From NCBI GenBank assembly GCA_951406725.2, contig OX597836.1, forward strand, positions 5,580,001 through 5,644,000: a DNA stretch of 64,000 bases, in the 5' to 3' direction. Position 1 is the first letter of the stretch; each line of letters opens with the position of its first letter. The notes beneath the pieces were generated by a model. It was not told the origin of the DNA. It made no database searches and saw only the letters and a program-made list of their open reading frames with translations. Both the position numbers and the translations under genes were made by a program. This document shows, in pieces, positions 13,560 to 28,531 of this stretch. This DNA is from Octopus vulgaris (lineage: Eukaryota).

Positions 13560-13713
13560 TGTAGTTAAAGCACATAATTCTCTACGGCATTAGAGTTTAG
13601 CTCTTATTTCTAGCAATGCAAGAATTCCAACGCCTTAGTAATATTTTGTGACAATCATAGTTATTTTTTTCTTTTAGGTGAAACATTGCACACGGCTGTC
13701 TATATTAATTTTT

Positions 13714-13763
<50 letters not shown>

Positions 13764-14303
13764 AATCGCACGCGCGAACACACACACACATATATATAAC
13801 TGGGACACTTTGTTCGTCTCAAAGACGCTTCAAGGACGTGGTCCCAACATGGCTACAGTCCAATGACTGAATCTAGTGAAAGTTATAAAAGAAAAGAAAA
13901 GAAAAACCAACAAACCAGTCAGACGGACAGACAAACAGACAGACAGACAGGCAGACAGGCATTTAGTCAATTCCTTAGTGCCTAATGGACCATCCAATCG
14001 CTCCCGCCAGCCCTCCAATAGGTACACACAAGCACGTCCAGTCGTCCACAGCACCAGACAGCTTACCAACCAGCTACCTACACAGCAATCTACTTTAGGA
14101 ATCAATATATTTTATTGCTCTTAATACATACACACATACACACACATACACACACACACATACAGACATACATACATATATACATACGTACATTTACACA
14201 TACATATGTACAAACATACATGAATGCATACATACACATACATACGTATTTATATGTATATATTTTGTCTTGCAGGCCAGAAGCGAAGTATATACGTGTG
14301 TGT

Positions 14304-14406
<103 letters not shown>

Positions 14407-14846
14407 CATGTATACATATATATGTACACATATGTATATGTATATATACATATGTATATTTATATATGTACGTATATATATATATATACATATATATACA
14501 TATATCTTCTCAAGTATTATTTGATAATATTGTTTCTTAAAATAAAATCCCTCACGTATTAGATTCAATTTTCACAGCAATAAAACTCTAATAGCTTTTC
14601 TGAAGACCATTTTAAATCTAAGTTGACAACAATCTCTTTAAAAAGGCGTTTCTTTAAGTCGGAACAGAGAAAGTGAATCGATGCGAGAATATATTTTAGC
14701 AGACTCTGAAGAATTCTCAAACATTTCCCCTGTTGTTTTGACTGCAGAATTGCTTCGTGAATTGGTCAAGCATGACCTTCGTGTGTTTTGGTATGTAAGT
14801 GTATATCTGTATATGTGTGCGTCCGTGCGTGTGCATATATGTGTGT

Positions 14847-14908
<62 letters not shown>

Positions 14909-14958
14909 TATATATATACATATATATATATATTTATATATATACATACATATATATG

Positions 14959-15005
<47 letters not shown>

Positions 15006-15243
15006 ATATTAATGTAACTTACGTAAGATATATTATATAGGCATGCGTATAGATATATATACGTATGTATTTATATGCGTATATACATGTATATATAGAT
15101 ATGTATATATATGTATAATATATATACATATTTATTTGTATATTCGTATATATACTAACAATATAATATCAATGTATACATATATATGTGTATATATCTG
15201 CATATATATGAATATATACGCACATATAATATACCATATATAA

Positions 15244-15284
15244 TATCCGACGATGTCTTAACTGGCCGAAACTTCGAAGGCATA
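15244..15284 (+). ncRNA. Degenerate minimal hammerhead motif
   Basis: tat-CCGACGA-tgtc-ttaact-ggcc-GAAA-cttcgaag-GC-ata; palindromic stem III, mutated core and triplet, inside TA-rich microsatellite. Confidence 0.4.
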
Positions 15285-15296
15285 CATATATATATA

Positions 15297-15333
<37 letters not shown>

Positions 15334-15794
15334 GTGTATATATATATATATATATATGTACATATATGTATATACATGCATACATACATACATACATACA
15401 TACATGTATATATGTATGTATACATGCATACATAGACACATGCGTAAGAAGAACTGGGCGTGTATGACGTTCGCTTCTCAACTCCATAGAACATGTTCTC
15501 TAAGGTTCTCTTCAAATGCATAGCGTCATGGCTAAGAAACATCTTCTGTGGCTTTCGAACAAGAAATTCTTGTAGTAGGAGAGAAGGGACAATAGCACCA
15601 GGTTTCCTAGCTTCAGGCGCTCTTGCTTGCAGTGCGTGTGATATACGTAGAAAAGGTTTTGTAAGAATTTAAGGGGACTTTGATATATACGTACATATAC
15701 ATATATACGTATGTATCAGTTATATATATGTGTGTGAGTGTGTGTTTTTATGTATACCACACACACACACACACACACTCACACATGCATATTC

Positions 15795-15831
<37 letters not shown>

Positions 15832-15834
<3 letters not shown>

Positions 15835-16045
15835 CCATGTTGAATCGCTAGCCTCTGCACGCATTTTTTTCTCTCCTTGTTTTTCTCCGTGTTTCTTTTC
15901 TGTGTATCTTTCTGTTGAAGAGCGTAGGCTCGAAACGTAAAAGACATTTTTTTATTTATATTCCTTAGCGCCATACTAATACAATTGTTTGTTTGTACTC
16001 CACTTGCCTTCGTCTTTTGTTTTATTTTCATAAAGCTTCCCGTTA
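15832..16045 (+). mobile_element. Short Penelope-like (pLTR-type) element with hammerhead-like core, copy 1
   Basis: Homologous to 35892-36045; contains TTGAAGA-gcgtaggctc-GAAA-cg-TA at 15915-15939; flanked by TA microsatellite. Confidence 0.55.
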
Positions 16046-16062
16046 TATATATGTGTGTATGT

Positions 16063-16123
<61 letters not shown>

Positions 16124-17109
16124 TGTGTATGTATGTATGTATATATCGTAAAATGTACGGCGTGACGTCGAAGGAACATGTGGAAAACCTTGAAGAACAC
16201 ACAAAGGACGTCGACACACTTACCCCTCATCAGTTATTGACCAAATGTCATTACAGTCTCGATACACACAAACATATACACACACACATACTCGCAAGCA
16301 CACACAGAGAAACATATATATCTATACAACACATGCACACACACGCTCGCACACACACACGCGTACACACTCACTCATTCTTGCATAAACACACATAAAC
16401 CTACGAAATTGCACGCATACAGTGTATTGCTCCGTCCGAACCTATCGTAGATGAAATTTCCCAATATGTCGCGTTCCATAAAACAGACGTTTTACAGCCA
16501 TTAAACTAACGATTTTTTTTTTGTCTTTTTCTCGTGATGTATTTCTAGTTTCAAGACACATTCCACTGAGATAGATTTTCACCTGAGTCATTAGCTGATG
16601 ATTAGTCGAGGTAGCTTGACTTCTGAGAGTTAAGTGGCAGCCGATTTATCTATAAAATCACTCTTATATCTTTGGAAATATTACTCGCACAGTTAAACCG
16701 TTTATAAAACATTTTATACTAGAGTCGAATGAATGGATGTGTGGTTTATGGTCTTTGCTTCACGGCCACCTGGTTCCCGTATAGCTCTGTGTTGTATCTT
16801 AGGCAAGTCATTCCTCTTATAGTCTCAATGTCACGTTGTCCAATCTGTTATAACTACGCTTTATCTGAAAGCAGTTCACAGGTATAAGCTGGTTCTTTCT
16901 TTCTTTCTTTCTTTCTATCTGTTTGTCTGTCTGATATCTATCTAACTGTCCGTCTATCTTTCTGTCTATCTACCTACCTATCTGTCTGTCTAACTATCTA
17001 TCCTTTTAACTATCTATCTGTCTATCTGTCTACCTATTTATCAATCTCTCCAACTGTCAATTTGTTTATCTATCTATCTACTTTTATGTATGTATGTCTG
17101 TCTACCTAC

Positions 17110-17179
<70 letters not shown>

Positions 17180-17341
17180 GTCTCTTTCTGTCTGTCTGTC
17201 TGTCCGTCTTTCTATCTATTTCTCTATCTACCAATCTATCTGTCTGTCTATCCACTTCTCTATTTCTTTAACTCTCTATCCAACTATCTATCTAACTGTC
17301 TATATATCTGTCTGTCTCTCCTCCTATCTATCTATCACTCA

Positions 17342-17439
<98 letters not shown>

Positions 17440-17503
17440 ATGTCTGTCTGTCTGTCCCATCCCTGTCTCTTTCTCTCTATCTATCTATTCACATATCTAT
17501 CTA

Positions 17504-17557
<54 letters not shown>

Positions 17558-17778
17558 TAGATATATATATATATATATATAATCTATTTATATAAACAGA
17601 TATATACACACATGCATATGTATGTGTGTATGTGGGTGTGTCTGAATCCATGTATGTTTGTAAATTCGTATGTATGTGTGCATATGTAAGTGTGTGTGTG
17701 TGTGCATATCGATTGTATTTCTGTTGTTTGTGGGAATGCGCATGCGTATGTCCCTAACTGCGTTTATATTTGCACCAT

Positions 17779-17995
17779 TCAACCCTTTTGCACTACTTGT
17801 TTCATATTCAAACTAGCCAGATCTAACCTGTCACACCTACCCTGCAATGTCATTCTAAAGATTAAAAAACAACAACTAATAAACCATCGAAATCTCGAAG
17901 CCATCAGATATTGCACGATTAATTCAAAACAAAGCTGGCCTCTGAATATTGTAGCATTACCTTTAGACACAGTAATCCGGATTCTAACGGATTAA
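17779..17995. mobile_element. Degenerate piggyBac-type MITE
   Basis: Ends tcaa-cccttttgca ... ttctaacgga-ttaa (decayed TTAA/CCC..GGG ends); interior recalled as a common Octopus repeat. Confidence 0.4.
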
Positions 17996-18477
17996 AATCC
18001 AATCAAGTTTTTCATGTTTCGGGTCAATAAATCTATGCGATTCTTTTTAAAATACAAAGCTGGTATAGACAAAATTATACTGCGCTATTATTTCCTCTAA
18101 AAGGGGTACCTTAGTATGGCCAGTCCAACTGGAAATAAATGGAAAATATCCAAATAAACAAAATATAATCACCCAAGTTATCAATACGTGAGCGACTCAT
18201 GACCGCAGCTTAAATCCTCACGGTCTCTTTTCCTGATGTCTCTAATTTTAACCACGCGCTTAGAAAATCTAATGCACGCCACTTCGGGCGCGAAACTAGA
18301 AATAATGAAATAGCTGGAATTAAATTTATTAAAATAAGGATCATATTTTTTTATTTCACCATTTTCGTATTTGACTAATTCCTCAGTTCCTCATATCCTG
18401 CGCCGAACAGGCGTCAATTAGTTTATCAAGGCAGAATCATTTGGAATTAGTTAAGAATTATCGTAAATTCTCACAGG

Positions 18478-18556
<79 letters not shown>

Positions 18557-18690
18557 ATATATATATATGTATATATGTATATATGTATATATATATATAT
18601 ATATATACATATATACATACATATATATGTATACATATGTACATATATATATATATATATATACATACATATATATATATATACATATAT

Positions 18691-18726
<36 letters not shown>

Positions 18727-19405
18727 TCATATTCAAACTGGCCAGATCTAACCTGTCACACCTACCCTGCAATGTCATTCTAAAGATTAAAAAACAACAA
18801 CTAATAAACCATCGAAATCTCGAAGCCATCAGATATTGCACGATTAATTCAAAACAAAGCTGGCCTCTGAATATTGTAGCATTACATTTGGACACAGTAA
18901 ACCGGATTCTAACGGATTAAAATCCAATCAAGTTTTTCATGTTTCGGGTCAATAAATCTATGCGATTTTTTTTAAAATACAAAGCTGGTATAGACAAAAT
19001 TATACTGCGCTATTATTTCCTCTAAAAGGGGTACCTTAGTATGGCCAGTCCAACTGGAAATAAATGGAAAATATCCAAATAAGCAAAATATAATCACCCA
19101 AGTTATCAATACGTGTGCGACCCATGACCGCAGCGTAAGTCCTCACGGTCTCTTTTCTTGATGTTTCTAATTATAACCATGCGCTTGGAAAATCTAATGC
19201 ACGCCACTTCGGCGCGAAACTAGAAATAATGAAATAGCTGGAATTAAATTTATTAAAATAAGGATCATATTTTTTTATTCACTATTTTCGTATTTAACTA
19301 ATTCCTCAGTTCCTCATATCCTGCGCCGAACAGGCGTCAATTAGTTTATCAAGGCAGAATCATTTGGAATTAGTTAAGAAATTATCGTAAATTTTCACAG
19401 GTTAT
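17799..19405 (+). repeat. Direct duplication of ~680 bp (17799-18480 and 18724-19405) separated by TA microsatellite
   Basis: Co-linear over the full length with roughly 20 differences counted by eye. Confidence 0.95.
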
Positions 19406-19425
19406 ATATATATATATATATATAC

Positions 19426-19522
<97 letters not shown>

Positions 19523-19545
19523 TACATATATAAATACATATATAT

Positions 19546-19577
<32 letters not shown>

Positions 19578-20357
19578 CCTGTTGCTTATTTTCATTATTT
19601 AATTATAGATATGAATATATATATATGTGTGTGTGTGTGAATATATATGTTTATATGTATACATGTTATCATACGTATATAGACACACACATATATATAC
19701 ATATATTTTTACACACATACACACACGCACACACACACACGCACGTATACATTTATATGTGTGTGTATATATATATATATGTTAAATGTATGCATATAAA
19801 TATATACATATATGTATATATATTACATTTAATATATATATAAATATTATATATAAATTATATATATCTATATATATACACACATACACACACACACACA
19901 CACAAACACACAAACACACAAACACACAAACACCCACACTTGTTTCTCTAACGATGGCCACCACTTGTAGTAGGTGTCCAATGTGTTTACCAGACTTGTT
20001 GACACAAGCCGTCACTCAATCATGGAATCTTTTCAGATATTGTTTTGCCGTTTGCGGCTACAGAGACAGAAATTATACAGCTCATAATAATGTCGATAGA
20101 GATATGTTTTTAAAAATCGTTGCTCGGAGCTTTATATTTTACAAAATTTTTTGCACAGGAGCAATTTGCCCCTAACCTAGAACTTGTCCACATCAATGGA
20201 CCCAGAAAGAAAGTCGGTGTTACATCAAAGTTTTCGGTCGGGTTCATTTTTAGTATTCTCGTTTGTGAATTCTAAACAAATAAACAGTCGAGTTTATTTC
20301 AGATATTTTCATTTTAAACATCGTTTCTGGCTAATCTTTGAGAGGATGTTGGTGTTA

Positions 20358-20394
20358 CCTTGGCGGAGGTTTGCGCTCTCTGAGTGCTCTTGTT
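20358..20394 (+). mobile_element. 3' terminus of a Helentron/HINE-like non-autonomous element
   Basis: ccttggcggaggt-tt-gcgctc-tct-gagtgc-tcttgtt: subterminal repeat, small hairpin, T-rich end; 5' partner not seen. Confidence 0.5.
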
Positions 20395-21811
20395 ATTATT
20401 AATATTATGTGACAGAATCGTTAACTCGCCGTGCTAAATGCTTAGCGTCATTTCGTCCAGTTTCACGTTCTGGGTTTAAATTCCGCCGAGGTCGGTTCTC
20501 CCTTTCATTCTAACCAGTAAGAAGACCATTCGATGCGTTTGTGCTGGATAAATATTCTCTCTGTAGACAAAACAGTGTAAACACACCAGCTCAGTTCGGA
20601 GCGCTTTTTATTCAGAGAGATAACTATATAATACGTAGCATTGTTTCCGATTTCCTTCGTTCCGGTGGGTATAGAAGAAGACAATTATCCAGGGTCCCAT
20701 GCAGTAACACTGAATCATTTTCAAATCCTTCTTCGAATCCGGTGGGAGAGAATCGCCTCACAAATGTACGAAACTTCTACACGGAGTTGCGTAAGTAACC
20801 ACGTAGCATGATAAAACATTTTTAAAAGATCCTTCTCGAGTCATAAAAACTCACAGAATTTGTTTTCCGGTTTCCTTGGCGCATACATTCCACCTCGGGC
20901 CGAAAGTCGGATAATTACTCAATTTTGCTAGCTGAGTGCACTGTAGCAACGTGAAATGAAGTGATTTGTTCAAGAAGAAAGATCGCATCGCCCGCTCGAG
21001 GAATCGAAACCACAATATACGATCATGAGTCCAATATCTTAACTACTAAGCCACGCGCTTCCGCTATCATAACAGAGAGGAACAATCGAATGTCTAAAAC
21101 CAGTGTAAGAATGAGAACAAAAGGAAAGAAATAAGGGAGAAATAATTTAAGATTCTAGTGTAAAATTGGTAAGAAATCTAAAAGAAGCCTCACAGTTTAC
21201 AGACGAGTGAACATATAATAAGGCTGGAGACCTGAACAGCAAGTATGTCTACCGATTGAAAGAACAGCCTGAAGTTCTGAAAATATTATTGCTGCATCTT
21301 ACAGTTGACCAATTTCTTCATTATGGTAATAAATCTCTATTATTTCGTAGACTAGACAACCACTGTTATGCTGTCGCCTCCTCAGGCTGATGTGTTGCTT
21401 GTGTTGGGTGGGAAGTCCGTTTGTGTATTCGTGTGTGTGTGAAGTATGGGGGAAGTTGGTTGTGTAGGAATGTGTGAATAGTGTGGCCTGCGTGTTTGTG
21501 TTTATGTGTTTCTGTATTTCTGTTGGTGCTTGTGATTATATGTGTGTGTATGTAGTTGCATGTGAAGTGCGTGGTTGTATTTCTATTTGAACGTATGTGT
21601 GTACGTGCGTGTGTTTCTCATTATGTATAATAAACTTGTTTGTGCGTATTATGTAGGTTTCTTCTATGTATGTGTGTGTGTATTTGAGCGTATATGTGTG
21701 TATGTCAGTGCGTGGGAGCGTTTGTATGTATGCATATTTGTGTTTGCATAAGATTCTGTATTGCAAATGGTATTTTCTGCAAGTAATATAAGTTCTTCTG
21801 TCTTCTGTATA

Positions 21812-21877
<66 letters not shown>

Positions 21878-22023
21878 GATGCGTGTGTAAGTACGTGGGT
21901 TTGTTTTACATGTGCGGAGTAAATGTGTTTGTACGAATAAGATTACTGTGTGTGCATTTATGTATGTGAATCTATATGAAAATGCATAGGTGTGTAGGTG
22001 TGTATGTGTGTGTGTGTCTGTGT

Positions 22024-22075
<52 letters not shown>

Positions 22076-22431
22076 GCTTGCATGCAGTGAACGTCTTTAA
22101 ACGAGTAACGTACGTTCTTGTGTGTGTAAGGAACAATGTAAAATTTTCTTGCATGCTGCGAATGTGTTTGTTCGAGTAATATGAAGAGGTATATACTTCT
22201 GAATGTGTGTAACAATCTGGCTGTGAATACCTCGGTGTATTCTCAAGTGTAGTAATATATTTACATGAGAAATGTGTGCATTCCATCTGTATTTCTGTGT
22301 ATATACAACTATCAACATGTGGCTTTGCATACATCCGTGTGTGCGTAATATTGTCGGTGTAGCCGTATGCTTGCTTGTGTGACCCAGTGTGTTTGTGTTA
22401 ATGATACGGGTTCTTCGGATTAGATCGCGGC

Positions 22432-22730
22432 GCTCCGTCGGTTACAAACGACGAGGGTTCCAGTTGATCCATTCAACGGAACTGCCTGCTCTTGAAATTA
22501 ACTTGTAAGTTACTGAACACTCCACAGGCACGTCTACCCTTAACGTAGTTCTCGAAGAGATTCAGCGTGACAAGGCTGGCCCTTTGAAATACAAGTATAA
22601 CAGAAACAGGAAGAAAGTGTGAGAGAAAGTTGTCAGTAAAGAGTACAGCAGGCTTCGTCACTGCCCTCTGCCGGAGCCCCGTGGAGCTTTAAGTATTTTC
22701 ACTGAATAATCACTCACAATGCCCGGTCTT
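22432..22730 (-). mobile_element. SINE family C, 5'-truncated
   Basis: Reverse complement of the 1700-2005 body and tail. Confidence 0.88.
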
Positions 22731-23257
22731 GTGTGTATGTGTGTGTGTGTGCGTGTATGTAAGTGTGTGCGTGCATATAATAGGGTCTAGTTATCTGGGC
22801 ACACACTGGTACAACGTTGGACTTGCGAACATAACATCACATATAAATGTAGGAGAGAGAGTGGGGTAGATAGAGTGAGAAGGTTCCATACTCCATGAAA
22901 TAAAGGGGGTCGTGTTTATGCATCAATGTTGTGCGCTTGTTCGAGAGATTAAGTTATATACAGGAGACGGAGAGGCATGTGATCGTCGGATGCAGTGAGG
23001 GCATTGGTGCACGTGGCGTTCTGTGCAGTGATGAAAGACATGCTGGGAATACATTAGCAGGAATGCGCAAAGATGAGCAAGCACATGCATATTTGGCCAA
23101 ATACGGCAATACTAATGCACATGCACTCACAAACCCACGCACACACGCACAAACACACACACATATAAATACATACACACACGCACACAGTGTTAAACAT
23201 AGAGGTATATATATATATATATTCATATATACATATACGTATATATATAGAGAGAGA

Positions 23258-23312
<55 letters not shown>

Positions 23313-23354
23313 GCAGATATATACAGATATATATACGTATATACATACTATATA

Positions 23355-23458
<104 letters not shown>

Positions 23459-23545
23459 TAGATATATAGATAGATTCATAGATAGATATAGATATAGATA
23501 TAGATATATATACATAGACACACACACGCGCGCGCACACACACAC

Positions 23546-23580
<35 letters not shown>

Positions 23581-24151
23581 TCACATAATCATATTGAAAG
23601 GTTGTGCCCATAGTTACGCATCCGTGTGATTTCAAGATAAATACATCAACGTAGACAAGCCTCTGCTTCCAGTATGAACTACAGAATAAGCTCAGCTGAT
23701 ATGAACTTATACACAAAACGCTTACCGTCCCCAAACTTATAAACAGCCATCTAAAATCATATAATAATTTATATACAATCATACATACATTCATATATAC
23801 ATATACATACATAAATGTATGTATATACAAATATGTCTGTGTGTGTGTAATTCAAACTTGTGTGCTTATATACATGTGTGCATTAATGTGTGTATAATAT
23901 GTGTAAAACGATGGATATGTATCTAGAAGGTCTTGTGGAGTATTTATATAGGTGTATATATGTGAAAATGTGAAGTGACGCATGCAGATGGCTGTGCATT
24001 TATCTTCGAAATAAATTCATGCGTATCGATATGTAATCGCGTGCGTGTGAATGCGTGTATGAGTGTACGAGTGTGTGCGTCATTGTGTGTGTACGACGGT
24101 GAGTGAGCCTCGCTTGTGTATTTTTCTTGACAATACTCGTTATGCATACAC

Positions 24152-24213
<62 letters not shown>

Positions 24214-24355
24214 CTTTATTTTAAGCAGCAGAAAATTCAACAAAATACACTCTGAGTTTCTCGTTGCCGTTCATCAGACAGTTTTCTAGCAAAAACTGTC
24301 TGATGAACAACGAGAAACTCATATTTTGTTGAATTTTCTGCTGCTTAAAATAAAG
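24214..24355. repeat. ~142-bp near-perfect inverted repeat (fold-back) with CTGATGA...GAAAC motif in each arm
   Basis: Left arm ctttattttaagcagcagaaaattcaacaaaata...gttcatcagacagtttt is the reverse complement of the right arm apart from two small indels; loop 24286-24291; island flanked by (TA)n. Confidence 0.9.
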
Positions 24356-24414
24356 CATATTACTCTACCACTGGTATTTGAGTATACCTTGTTTCACATT
24401 TATGTGTTTACTCC

Positions 24415-24457
<43 letters not shown>

Positions 24458-24487
24458 TGATGAAAACTCGAAGTCATAGTCAACACA

Positions 24488-24583
<96 letters not shown>

Positions 24584-25610
24584 TTAAATTGTTGCCAGAA
24601 TATGTGTGCCCGTGTGCGTATGAGTGAATATATGTGTGTGTATGCGTATGAATATATTTGTGTGTGTGTGCGTGTGTTAGTATATATGTGTGTGTGTGTG
24701 TGTGCGTGTGAGTATGTATGTGTGAGTATGCAATTATGCACGCATGTCGCATGTGTGTCGATGTATTTTCTGAACGCGCCATGACCCGTAGAATACGTGT
24801 TACCGCACATGCGCACATCACGGCAGCATATCGTCTGCCAAGCAGACTTTGGCAATATAATGTCTACTAGATTTGCTTCGTAAATTTCTCTCTTCCATTT
24901 ATGGTCAACGAATTATTCAGCTGTTATGAGATTATATTGTTCTGTTCCAACGAGCCATTCAATATATATATATCTCCCCATACACACTCAAACACACGCC
25001 ACGCAACACATAGAAACTCACAAACACATATTTACACTTCTGTGAACACTTTCACACATGCCATCACGCTCACAGACACATACACACATCAACACACATG
25101 CATATATATATATATATATATATACTCTCATGCGTATTTATGCACTGACACTGAAGCAGAACGTAAATGCTTTCACGCAGACACAACGGAGCACATATTA
25201 ACATATTCATATATATAACATCATTCGTGTAGATTCTCTTTCATTTTCGTATGATCGAGCAGCAGACACGCGTATCTACTCACACGCATTTATATACGTG
25301 CAGAGATACTTACATACAAACAGACAGACATGCATGCAATCTATGTGAGACATACAGACATGTTCACATAATCTATGTGAGACGAGGTGATGGCGATAGA
25401 GGCGTAAGATCAGTCCAAGCAGGCTCTCAATGTCGCATTGTAGCGCTCAGACAACACCGGCTGAAGAGTAAAGGAAGAAATGTGTAGGTTCCATGCATGC
25501 ACAGAAGTGAGAGCAACGATATCTTCAGACCTTGAGAGGAACTACAGTGCAGGTCCTCTGAGAATGCAACTGTTTCATGCGACCCAAAGCAGGAGAGGCA
25601 GGTTTCATAG

Positions 25611-25839
25611 GCGGTGAGCTGGCAGAAGCATTAGCACGCCGGGCGAAATGCGTAGTCGTATTTCGTCTACCGTTACGCTCTGAGTTCAAATTCCGCCGAG
25701 GTCGACTTAGCCTTTCATACTTTCCGGGTCGATAAATTAAGTACCAGTTACGTACTGGGGCCGATGTAATCGACTTAATCCGTTTGTCTGTCCTTGTTTG
25801 TCCTCTCTGTGTTTAGCCCCTTGTGGGTAGTCAAGAAAT
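25611..25839 (+). mobile_element. SINE family B with target-site duplication
   Basis: Full copy flanked by aggtttcata / aggttttata. Confidence 0.92.
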
Positions 25840-26038
25840 AGGTTTTATACAAGCAAAAAGCTAAACATGGGGACAGAGTGGAACAACAGTATTGACTGGA
25901 AGAGTAGCCTCTCCTGCACCTGCGATGGATATCTATAAGTGAATATTTATCATCTGAAAATTTTCAGTCTTTGCCTCCTCCAAATTTGCATGTATATATA
26001 TATGTATGTCAAACCCAAGTAGTTTTATTTGTTTACTA

Positions 26039-26144
<106 letters not shown>

Positions 26145-26164
26145 GTCTCTCTATCTCTATCTCC

Positions 26165-26229
<65 letters not shown>

Positions 26230-26631
26230 CCGCACATACACAGCAACACACTTTATCTTTCTAGCAATAGAAATGAAACTATAGCCTTATGAAAAGTGTA
26301 ACTATTATACTGCTAAAAAAAAATCAAAAGTGAGTTATAAGGGGGTCTACATCCCTATATATGAGCAATGGCCAAGATTTGACCCTCCCCCTTCTTTCCT
26401 AGAACCTTCCCCGTGTAAGGTAAAACGTCTATTTCCTTACTACCCATAAAGGGCTAAACACAGTGAAGCGAAAATGGAAACACGGTAGAGAAAAGCAAAA
26501 ACGAACGAAAGTTCAACAAAGAGTATACATGTTACGGTGTTGTCTACCATGTTCCATCTTCGGTGACAAATTATCACCAGGATATGTGTGTCTATGTAAA
26601 CATATACCTATCATGTACACACATGCATGTA

Positions 26632-26993
26632 AGGCGACGAGCTGGCAGAAACGTTAGCACGCCGGGCGAAGTGCGTAGCCGTATTTTGTCTGCCGTTACA
26701 TTCTGAGTTCAAATTCCGCCGAGGTCAACTTTGCTTTTCATCCTTTCGGGGTCGATAAATTAAGTACCAGTTACGCACTGGGGTCGATATCGACTTAATC
26801 CGTTTGTCTGTCCTTGTTTGTCCTCTCTGTGGAAGTAAGGAAATAGATATCTCTTCTGGCTTTACAGTCTGGGTTCAAATTGCGCTGAGGTCGACCTTAT
26901 CTTCCATACTTTCGGGGTTCCTGAAATAAGTTATCAGTAGAGAACTGGTGTCGATGTAATCGACTAGGTCCCTACCATAAAATTCCAGGCCTT
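26632..26993 (+). mobile_element. SINE family B, two units head-to-tail
   Basis: Unit 1 26632-26848; an older unit body continues to 26993 and abuts an A element. Confidence 0.85.
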
Positions 26994-27000
26994 ATGACTG

Positions 27001-27234
27001 TTACTTGTTTCAGTCATTTGACTGTGGCCATACTGGTGCACCGCCTTTCGTCGAGCAAATCGACCCCAGGACTTATTCTTTGTAAGCCTAGTACTTATTC
27101 TATCGGTTTCTTTTGCCGAACCGCTAAGTTACAGGGACGTAAACACACCGGCACCGATTGTCAAGCGATGTTGGAGGGACAAACACAGACACACAAACAC
27201 ACACACACACATACACATATATATATATAGATAC

Positions 27235-27285
<51 letters not shown>

Positions 27286-27435
27286 CACGACAGGATTCTT
27301 TCAGTTTTCGTCTACCAAATCCACTCACAAGGCTTTGGTCGGCCCGAGGCTATAGTAGAAGACACTTGCCCAAGTGGGACTGAACTCGGAACCATGTGAC
27401 TGGTAAGAAAGCTACTTACCACACAGCCGCTCCTA
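27001..27435 (-). mobile_element. SINE family A, full length
   Basis: Aligns end to end with 857-1305, with an internal CA/TA tract. Confidence 0.9.
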
Positions 27436-27939
27436 CCTGTTATAGAATAAACTATTATACTATACTTCGATACACAGCAGTACTCCGCAGACTTCTACAT
27501 ACAGCTTCTCGACACTTCATTGCAATATGCGATAGCATGAGACACTGTAGCAAAATAAAACAAACATATTTTAAAAAAAACGAAACGTCTTAAAATTATT
27601 TAAGTGAAGAAGAAAGATAACTCTCTTCTGAAATATATTCTATCTTTTCGAAGTTATTTCCCTTGGGAATTCGTTAAACAATATGGAATTCACCCATGGG
27701 AGAGAATAACTTAGAAAGTAGATTTCGTTAATTTACAATGAGAATTTACAGCTGCGTTTTAATACTTAATAATCTACGGTGCAGCATCGCTCCATCGCAC
27801 CTTCCCAAGACACCATATTGCTGTAATCAGTGGAATAATTGACTACTTGTGCAACTGACGATTGCTTCGTAGAATCATTGTAGTTTCGATATGGGAAATG
27901 TTGTTGATGTTGTTTGGGTTGTTATGTTTTCTTATACTT

Positions 27940-28345
27940 TTGTTTCTTCTTCCTTTTCTTCTTTTACATCTTCTTCTTCCTTTTCTTCATTTTCATCTTC
28001 TACCTTTTCTTCTTTTTCATCTTCTTCCTTTTCTTCTTTTTCACCTTCTTCCTTTTCTTCTTTTCCATCTTCTTCTTCCTTTTCTTCTTATTTTCATTCT
28101 TCTTCTTTTCTTCTTCTTCTCCTCCTTATTTTCTTCCTTTTCTTCTTCTTCTCCTCCTTATTTTTTTTCCTTTTCTTTTTCTTCTCCTCCTTATTTTTCT
28201 TCCTTTTCTTCTTCCTTTTCTTCTTCTTCTTCTACTTCTTCTTCTTCCTTTTCTTCTTTTTCTTCTTCTTATTATTTTTATTCTCCCTCTTCCTCTTCGT
28301 CTTTTTTTCTTATTTTTCTTCTCCCTATTTTTCTTCTTCTTCTCT
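27940..28345. repeat. (TTC)n-rich polypyrimidine tract
   Basis: Degenerate ttcttcttccttt units. Confidence 0.9.
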
Positions 28346-28468
28346 ATCGTTATATGCATGCATAGTTCTAACGGTCATGCCAGCCCGCCGATTTGCACAC
28401 AGACAGACAGACAGGTAGGTAGGTAGGTAGGTAGGTAGGTAGGTAGGTAAGTGGTAGACGGACAGACG

Positions 28469-28531
<63 letters not shown>

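Noticed and set aside
27862-28426. Three overlapping Phe/Ser/Leu-rich ORFs
   Set aside because: TTC-rich low-complexity tract.
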